A stretch of 29,260 bases of DNA from Verrucomicrobiota bacterium. Its GTDB lineage: Bacteria; Verrucomicrobiota; Verrucomicrobiia; Verrucomicrobiales; DEV007. Both the position numbers and the translations under genes were made by a program. Under the pieces are notes generated by a model. It saw nothing but the letters and a program-made list of their open reading frames with translations. It was not told where the DNA came from and searched no databases. Every line of letters begins with the position of its first letter. Positions within the stretch are counted from its first letter, which is position 1. The stretch spans positions 1-29,260 of the forward strand of contig JASFYY010000075.1 of assembly GCA_045046875.1 (NCBI GenBank), written 5' to 3'. This document shows positions 12,105 through 18,421 of this stretch, piece after piece.

Positions 12105-13238
12105 ATGAATGACAGGAAACTGACAGAAAAAAAAGAGCCCTCCAAACGGCTCTTGTCTCTCGATGCTCTGAGGGGCTTCGATATGTTTTTCATTATCGGC
12201 GGCGGGGTGTTGATACACAAAATTATCCTTGGATTGAATTTGACCTAGTTGCAGTGGTTGATCCCTCAACTGCACCATCCGAAGTTCGGAGGCACGGTGA
12301 CGGCCTATGATTTTATTTTCCCTTTGTTTCTTTTCATGGTTGGTGTTTCGCTTTATTATTCGGTCACGTCTTCACTGAAAAAAGGGCTCGATAAGAAGGC
12401 GATCTATTGGCACGCTTTTCGTCGGATGTTGGTTCTTTGTTTGCTGGGGGTTATTTTCAAAAACCGGCCGCTTCATTTTGATTGGGAAAACATTCGTTAC
12501 GTCAGTGTATTGGGCAGGATTGGGGTCACCGGATTTATTGCCACTCTGATTGTTTGTAATTTTAAGTTTAAGGCGCAGGTGATATGGGCATGTTCGCTGC
12601 TGGTATTTTATTGGGTCCTGCTGATGTTCATTCCTGTGCCAGGATATGGGGCAGGGGTCATGACTCTGGAGGGGAATATGGCGGGTTACATTGACCGCAT
12701 GCTGGTGCCGGGACGGTTGATCAATGGGGTGTTTGATGAAAACGCTTTTGCGGGGCATGTGCCGGCGACGGCACTGGTATTGATCGGTTCGTTGATCGCG
12801 CAGATTTTGAAGAACGAGACTTTTTCTGAAATCAAAAAGCTCAAAATTATGGGCATATCGGGAGCAGGACTGGTGGCGATGGGATTGATCTGGGGACTGC
12901 ATTTTCCTATCAACAAGTTTCTCTGGTCGAGTTCATTTATTTTGCTTGCAGGAGGGGTGTCGGTGCTTTCTCTCGCGGTATTTTATTTGCTGATTGATGT
13001 TTGGGCTTATAAAAAGTGGGCTTTTCCTTTTGTGGTGATCGGGTTGAATTCGCTGACTATTTACATGGCATCAGGATTGATTGATTTCAGATTCACAGCT
13101 GATTATCTGCTCAATGGATTTTATCAGCTCACCTCCGATAAAGATCTGCGTGCTTTGATCCAAGTGGTGGGCGTATTGACGCTGCAATGGCTGATGTTGT
13201 ATTTCCTCTATCAGAAGAAAATTTTTGTGAAGATTTAG
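12105..13238 (+). pseudogene. HGSNAT/DUF5009-like polytopic membrane acyltransferase interrupted by an in-frame TAG
   Basis: ATG 12105 reads MNDRKLTEKKEPSKRLLSLDALRGFDMFFIIGG..., then TAG at 12246-12248, then the same frame continues with DFIFPLFLFMVGVS, VLGRIG, FPINKFLWSSSF, VIGLNSL and KKIFVKI. Confidence 0.8.
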
Positions 13239-13320
13239 TGCTTACAAAATAAGGGAGGATTTGTAATCGTTGTTTTTCCGATTGTGGATAAAATTACCCA
13301 ATCAAAGGAAAGGAGAGAGC

Positions 13321-13821
13321 ATGCGTAACATCTTCATTATCAGCTTTATTGCTAACCTGGTTCTCACCGTGGTGGTAATGTTTGTGGGGCCGGAGACAAT
13401 GGCGGTTCATTTTGGGGCGGGGGGGGAAGCAAACGGTTGGGCTTCCGCCAAGTCCAATGCCCTGATTATGACGGGGGTCGATGTTTTGCTTTTTGCATCG
13501 TTCTTTTTTGTGCCTCAATTGATGCGGGTCACACCGGATCGTTGGGTCAACCTGCCGAATAAGGACTACTGGTTGAAGGATGAGAACAGAAGCAGGGCGG
13601 TGATGATGCTAAACGAACAGATGTACAAATTCGGGACGCTGATGTTCGCCTTCATGTTTGTGGTGGGCTTGCTGGTGTTGCAGGCAAATTTGTCGGATCC
13701 GGTTCGTTTGCGCGGGGATTTGTTCTGGCCACCATTTGTTTTTATTATGCTGTATTCGGTTTATTGGACGGTGAGAATTTACCGGATATTCCGTGTGCCG
13801 GAGGAGGCAATGGATAAATGA
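13321..13821 (+). CDS. DUF1648 domain membrane protein
   Basis: PETMAVHFGAGGEANGW motif, VNLPNKDYW, four hydrophobic segments; strong RBS (aaggag) before ATG 13321. Confidence 0.8.
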   Translation: MRNIFIISFIANLVLTVVVMFVGPETMAVHFGAGGEANGWASAKSNALIMTGVDVLLFASFFFVPQLMRVTPDRWVNLPNKDYWLKDENRSRAVMMLNEQMYKFGTLMFAFMFVVGLLVLQANLSDPVRLRGDLFWPPFVFIMLYSVYWTVRIYRIFRVPEEAMDK

Positions 13822-13926
13822 AAATTGGCAACGATGAAGCGGGTAGGATTGCTTTGAGTTTTCAAACAAATGGGATGGAGTGAAGGCGCTGATAGGACAG
13901 TTATGAGGAATACTTGGATTTGGTTT

Positions 13927-14754
13927 ATGCGGAAGAAATTGTTGCTACTGCTGGCATTGTTTTTGTGCTCTGCGGTCAGTGGATGGGCCTGGTGGCGGCC
14001 GGCACAGCGATTTGAGGTTAGCGAGTTGGCTTTGGGGGAGTTGCGTTTGGTGACTTGGAATGTGGGTTATTTTGCTCCGGTAAATAATAAAAATGCGAAG
14101 GATTTGGATATGGAGAGGATTGCAGCGGTGTTGCAGCCTTTGCAGGCTCAGGTGGTGGTGCTGCAGGAACTGAACTCGGTGCAGCAGGCTGAAGAGATTG
14201 CCCGGAAGTTGGGAAGCGATTGGTATGCCAAGACAGTGGAAACAGGGCATGATCAGATTCTGGCGGTGTTATCAAGCTTGTCGGGAGCGGAAATGGAAAC
14301 GAGGACGGCTGGTGGTCGATCAATGATCGGGGTTTGTTTTCAAGGCGAGGATGATCGAGACGTTTTTATTCTGGGCGTTCATTCGCCACATCCGGCACGA
14401 GGTATGGACGCCACGGTGGATAACATCAAAGCAGCCGTGTCCTGGATGTGCGAGAGGAATGAGGCGATCAGAATCATGGCGGGGGATTTGAATTACAACT
14501 TTGATCCGGATTTGACGGTGGATGGGGATGTTCTCTATGGTGAAGTGATGAGCGTTTTATCCGACGGCACGATTTCGATAGGTGAAACTTATTATGCGCA
14601 TACCCGGATTGACCATGTTTTTCATCACCCGCAGGCAATGAAGGTGATGGAACAAAGTTCAGGTATGGTGGATTTGGCACCGCGTTTTGCCAAGGTGCCA
14701 GGATGGAGGGATCACCGGCCGGTGGTGACGACTTATGATGTGGGAGAGCTGTGA
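13927..14754 (+). CDS. Endonuclease/exonuclease/phosphatase (EEP) family protein, likely exported
   Basis: VTWNV, VLQEL, AGDLN, RIDHVF, DHRPV; signal-like MRKKLLLLL. Start could be 13870, 13903 or 13927. Confidence 0.88.
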   Translation: MRKKLLLLLALFLCSAVSGWAWWRPAQRFEVSELALGELRLVTWNVGYFAPVNNKNAKDLDMERIAAVLQPLQAQVVVLQELNSVQQAEEIARKLGSDWYAKTVETGHDQILAVLSSLSGAEMETRTAGGRSMIGVCFQGEDDRDVFILGVHSPHPARGMDATVDNIKAAVSWMCERNEAIRIMAGDLNYNFDPDLTVDGDVLYGEVMSVLSDGTISIGETYYAHTRIDHVFHHPQAMKVMEQSSGMVDLAPRFAKVPGWRDHRPVVTTYDVGEL

Positions 14755-14884
14755 GTGATTAGGTCACTGGCGCTCAGAGACCACGACCATTCACACCGAT
14801 GTGAGCATCCAGCAATTGACAGCAAATCATGCGCGATGTCATCTGGCGGAAAATATAGGCAAACAAAAAAATGTAGTTTAATCT

Positions 14885-15113
14885 ATGAACATGTCCCCTG
14901 TTACAGAGCTCATTAGCGATGCCCTCGACCTACCGAGGACTGATCTGAACCTATCTCACCAAAAACCTTCTTGAGAGCCTTGATGAGAGGGAAGAGCTAA
15001 ACAAGGAAGGGCAAGTCACGATAGAGCGTCGTTCAAGGGAGCTCAGGGAGGGAGTCGTCAAGGGGCTGAGTTTGGACGAACTCAAGAAGGTGGTGCGCCA
15101 AAAAACGGAATGA
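14885..15113 (+). pseudogene. Frameshifted addiction-module antitoxin (TIGR02574/PF09720-like)
   Basis: Removing one T at 14946 (gat c[t]ga acc) restores MNMSPVTELISDALDLPRTDRTYLTKNLLESLDEREELNKEGQVTIERRSRELREGVVKGLSLDELKKVVRQKTE*, matching the family pattern ALxLP..R..L...LLESLD...ERR..E...G. ATGA overlap with the next gene. Confidence 0.75.
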
Positions 15114-15161
15114 CCAATCTGGTCATTCATCCAGAGGTAGCCGGTGACATTACTGATGCTT

Positions 15162-15447
15162 GGGTAAGACAGGATAGTTAAGCCTGCTGACCACTATGCG
15201 TTTCGCCCTTTGCAGGGCTGGGAGAATTGGGCTTTTTACCCAGCGCTTCGCACTGGGCTATATCATTGAGCACCGTTGGTGCAAAAGAGATGAAAGCAAA
15301 CTGTGCTGTAAGGACAAAATGTGATAGCCCAGTGCGAAGCGCTGGGGTTAAATCGGTTTTATTGTCAGCCCTAAAAGGGCGAAATGATGTTGACGGGTGA
15401 TAAGGTGGCTTTCAATAAGCAATGGCTAACTTTTTTGTCCTGCACCC
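15162..15447. mobile_element. 286-bp non-autonomous MITE-like insertion
   Basis: Flanked by ctgatgctt (15153-15161) and ccgatgctt (15448-15456). Imperfect terminal IRs: gggtaagacaggatagttaagcc versus gggtgcaggacaaaaaagttagcc (reverse complement of right end). Excision restores the toxin frame. Confidence 0.72.
15201..15384. repeat. REP/REPIN-like nested inverted repeat
   Basis: Perfect 23-bp IR cccagcgcttcgcactgggctat (15239-15261 / 15324-15346); outer IR tttcgccctttgcagggctg (15201-15220) / cagccctaaaagggcgaaa (15366-15384); each arm is itself a mini-hairpin; extra hairpin gcacc-gtt-ggtgc (15270-15282). Confidence 0.85.
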
Positions 15448-15558
15448 CCGATGCTTTTACTTGGTATAAAAAGATCGACCCTGAACTAGCTGTTCGCTTG
15501 AGCGATATTGTCTCGGTGTTCCATCACAGTTGTGATCCCGATTTATGGAAGGAGCTAA

Positions 15559-16755
15559 TTATTGGTCTTTAGATTCCCTGAACTCCGTCGGTGTTTTTCC
15601 AATCTGCTTGCGGAACAAGCGCGATAGATCCTGGCTGGAGTCGAAGCCGCATTCTTCGGCGATGCGGGTGATCGTCCAGTCACTTTGCTGGAGGAGTTTT
15701 TTTACTTGCTCGAGTCGCACGCGGGTGATTTCTGATTTGGCGCTGTGGCCGACGGCGTTTTTGAAGCGGGAGGTGAAACTGCTGCGCGACATGGGAATTT
15801 GATCAATCACTTCGCTCACAGACAGGGGGCGGAGTGGTGCGTGTTGACGGATGTAACGTAGGGAGGTGGCGATGAGCGGGTCGTCGAAGGAAAGGTGGTC
15901 GGTGGATTCCCGTAGTACGAGTGTGCGTCCGCCGGTACGGGTGACGGCGGGAGCCTGGTAATCGGGTTCGCTGATCATACGGTGGAGGATGGAGGCCGCC
16001 TCATAACCAAATTGATGATAATCAATCTCGATGCTGGTGAGCGGGGGATGGGTGGATTCGCAGACGATTTTCTCGTTCCAGATTCCCATGATGGCGAGAT
16101 CGTCAGGGCAGTGCAGGCCCATTTCTTCGGCGGCTTGAGTGACAAGCGATGCGGTGACGTCGGTATTGGCAAGGATGCCGGCGGGCAGTTCGACTTGCTG
16201 CAGTGATTGTTGGATGAAGTGGATGGCGCTACGCCAATCCTGTCGGCTTCGCACCACAACATCGGGCATGTGTTTTTGTGTCCACTCAAAGAGTTGGCAG
16301 GTTTTGCCGGCCTGTTCGAGCAGTTGGCGGAAAGTCCGGGCGCGTCGATGCGACGGTTCGAAACGCTGCGGCCCGATATAGGCAAAGTGATCCAGTCCAA
16401 GGCTGGCCAGATGTTCGGCGGCGAGCCGGGCAATCTCGGTGTCGTCCCAGAAGACCATGGGGGCCCCGGGATATTCGTCGAACCAACCGGTGGCGTTGAC
16501 CACTGCGATACCGGATTTTTTCAACCAGGCGGCATCGAGGATACGGTTTTCGCCGCTGAGCGGAATGATGCCATCGCCATCCCAGGAGGAATCGAGGGTG
16601 ACCGGACGTGGGCCGAAATGGAAATCGCTATCCACTTCGATCCGCCAGTTTCCCTCGCGTCGGGAAAAATCGACGATACCCTGGAAAATCTCGGTTGCGT
16701 AGCTCGGGCCGGATTGCAGGGCGACTCCGATACGCAGGGGCTGGGTGATTTTAGG
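15559..16755 (-). CDS. XylR-type transcriptional regulator (periplasmic-binding-like sensor + C-terminal AraC HTH); canonical start codon missing
   Basis: WDGDGII, AAEHLASLGLDHFAYIG, PDDLAIMG, PPLTSIEID, LVLRESTD, IAEECGFDSSQDLSRLFRKQIGKTPTEFR. The frame stays open and family-like above the GTG at 16635 (PKITQPLRIGVALQSGPSYATEIFQGIVDFSRREGNWRIE) up to a TAA at 16777-16779, with no ATG/GTG/TTG. Confidence 0.85.
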   Translation of the reverse strand, partial: PKITQPLRIGVALQSGPSYATEIFQGIVDFSRREGNWRIEVDSDFHFGPRPVTLDSSWDGDGIIPLSGENRILDAAWLKKSGIAVVNATGWFDEYPGAPMVFWDDTEIARLAAEHLASLGLDHFAYIGPQRFEPSHRRARTFRQLLEQAGKTCQLFEWTQKHMPDVVVRSRQDWRSAIHFIQQSLQQVELPAGILANTDVTASLVTQAAEEMGLHCPDDLAIMGIWNEKIVCESTHPPLTSIEIDYHQFGYEAASILHRMISEPDYQAPAVTRTGGRTLVLRESTDHLSFDDPLIATSLRYIRQHAPLRPLSVSEVIDQIPMSRSSFTSRFKNAVGHSAKSEITRVRLEQVKKLLQQSDWTITRIAEECGFDSSQDLSRLFRKQIGKTPTEFRESKDQ

Positions 16756-16838
16756 TAAAATGCTACAAAATGGGGGTTATATTGCTATTGTGGAAGTATC
16801 GGTCTGTGGCAGACATTCTGCAAGTTGAAAGCATCCCC
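16754..16838 (+). repeat. Direct repeat copy 1 (44-bp core 16754-16797 plus degenerate tail)
   Basis: ggtaaaatgctacaaaatgggggttatattgctattgtggaagt; 41/44 identical to 21054-21097, with weaker similarity for about 40 bp further. Confidence 0.92.
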
Positions 16839-16845
16839 CTTCTTT

Positions 16846-18411
16846 ATGAGCATCCGCCGACAGTTTGTCCACGCCCGTACTATCAGCGGCTGCCTATGGC
16901 TGTTCTCTATTTTGTGTTGGGGTGTTGTTTCCCTTAATGCCGCCGAAAAGCCAAATATTCTGATTGCCATATCTGACGATCAATCGTGGTTGCACGCTGG
17001 TGCGTATGGAGATCGAATCGTGAAAACACCCAACTTTGATCGTGTTGCGCGCGAGGGAGTCCTGTTCAACTATGCGTTTTGTTCGTCGCCGTCCTGCACG
17101 CCATCGCGCGGAACGTTGCTGACTGGACAGCATCATTGGCGTCTCGAAGAGGGAGCCAACTTACACAGTACGCTGCCAGCGAAGTTTGCCTGTTATCCGG
17201 ATCTCCTAGGGAGAAACGGCTATCATGTGGGTTATACCGGGAAAGGTTGGGGTCCGGGAAAGGTGGATCTCAGTGGGCGCAAAGAGAATCCTGCAGGCCC
17301 GGCTTTTAACAAGATCAGGTTCCAGGGAAAACAACGTTCGCCTTCGCAGATTTCGAATGTCAACTATGCGGCAAACTTCGCCGACTTTATCGGGAAAAAA
17401 CCAGAGGGCAAGCCGTTCTGTTTCTGGTTCGGTGCTCACGAACCGCACCGCGCCTACGAGCTTGATAGCGGTCGCAAGGCAGGGAAAAAAATCGACGATG
17501 TGAAAGTGCCTCGCTATCTGCCTGACTTGCCGGATGTGCGTTCTGATATTCTCGATTATTACCTTGAGATCGAATGGTTTGACCGGCAGTTGGGGCGCAT
17601 GCTTGATTTGCTTGAAGAGCGAGGCGAGTTGGACAACACACTGCTTGTGGTCACCTCGGACAATGGCATGCCCTTTCCTCGCTCCAAGCTCAACCTCTAC
17701 GATTCAGGCGTGCATATGCCGCTGGCGATCCGTTGGCCGGCGAAAGTTTCCAGAAGTCGTGTCGTCGACGATTTTGTCCATTTTGCGGATCTGGCACCCA
17801 CTTTCCTGGAAGCTGCTGGTTTGAGTGTGCCGACAGACATGTCAGGGAGAAGCCTGATGGATGTCCTTACCTCGACAAAATCGGGAATGGTCGATCCGAG
17901 CCGCGATCATGTTGTTGTGGGGCGAGAGAGACATATGCTGCATGCCAATCCCGGCGGGGTCTATGCCGGTCGTGCGATTCGCACCCATCGTTATCTCTAT
18001 ATCCACAATTTGTTCTCCGATTTATATCCCATGGGGCACCCGCCACACTATACCGACGCTGACCGCGGTCCGACCAAGTATGCTTTTATGCTCCACCCCG
18101 ATCTGCCGGAGGTGAAGCGAACTTTCAAATACACACTTGGCCTTCGACCGGCCGTTGAATTGTATGATTGCCAGAAGGATCCTGATCAAATTAACAATCT
18201 GGCCACCGATCCGGCGCACAAGGAAATTCGCGACCAACTGGCGGCACGCTTGCAGGCAGAACTGAAACGAAGCGGCGATCCGCGTGCCCTTGGAAAAAAA
18301 GTAACGTGGGACAGCGATCCTTATTACTCCGGTTCCTACGAAGGCTGGATCGGTATACAGAAAAAACTGATGGATGAGTATCAGCGGGTTCGAAGAGATA
18401 AAAAAGAATAA
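16846..18411 (+). CDS. Secreted Cys-type sulfatase, sulfamidase (SGSH)-like
   Basis: Signal peptide ending AAEKPNIL; ISDDQ; CTPSRGTLLTG; EPHRAY; SDNGMPFPRSKLNLYDSG; ELYDCQKDPDQINNLA. Confidence 0.9.
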   Translation: MSIRRQFVHARTISGCLWLFSILCWGVVSLNAAEKPNILIAISDDQSWLHAGAYGDRIVKTPNFDRVAREGVLFNYAFCSSPSCTPSRGTLLTGQHHWRLEEGANLHSTLPAKFACYPDLLGRNGYHVGYTGKGWGPGKVDLSGRKENPAGPAFNKIRFQGKQRSPSQISNVNYAANFADFIGKKPEGKPFCFWFGAHEPHRAYELDSGRKAGKKIDDVKVPRYLPDLPDVRSDILDYYLEIEWFDRQLGRMLDLLEERGELDNTLLVVTSDNGMPFPRSKLNLYDSGVHMPLAIRWPAKVSRSRVVDDFVHFADLAPTFLEAAGLSVPTDMSGRSLMDVLTSTKSGMVDPSRDHVVVGRERHMLHANPGGVYAGRAIRTHRYLYIHNLFSDLYPMGHPPHYTDADRGPTKYAFMLHPDLPEVKRTFKYTLGLRPAVELYDCQKDPDQINNLATDPAHKEIRDQLAARLQAELKRSGDPRALGKKVTWDSDPYYSGSYEGWIGIQKKLMDEYQRVRRDKKE

Positions 18412-18421
18412 GAGGAGTTCC

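Larger units (their letters stand above)
15110..15572 (+). pseudogene. RelE/ParE-family toxin remnant split by an insertion and internally deleted
   Basis: MTNLVIHPEVAGDITDA, then insertion, then (DA)FTWYKKIDPELAVRL and SDIVSVFHHSCDPDLWKE. Both termini fit the ParE-like pattern (HPEA..D..EA..WY...; VxHxxRxPxxW), but the middle is missing. Confidence 0.72.

Noticed and set aside
12246..12248. Genome-wide amber reassignment
   Set aside because: TAG ends gcvP, cinA and other genes at expected lengths, and no other gene here shows an internal TAG.
13239..13288. Possible third degenerate copy of the direct repeat (tgcttacaaaataaggg...attgtgga), containing a ttacaaa/tttgtaa IR
   Set aside because: Needs several gaps, lacks the GG boundary and tail, and is AT-rich, so a chance match is plausible.
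15201..15384. CRISPR array, integron attC site or tRNA
   Set aside because: Repeats are inverted rather than direct with spacers; no RYYYAAC/GTTRRRY boxes, no cloverleaf, and no cas or intI gene.
15384..15572. 62-aa ORF as a standalone gene
   Set aside because: It is a chimera of the MITE right end and the 3' remnant of the toxin.
16207..16758. 183-aa plus-strand ORF and other long antisense ORFs (e.g. 4659-5390, 19516-20313, 23984-24778)
   Set aside because: Shadow frames of well-supported genes, with no recognisable motifs.
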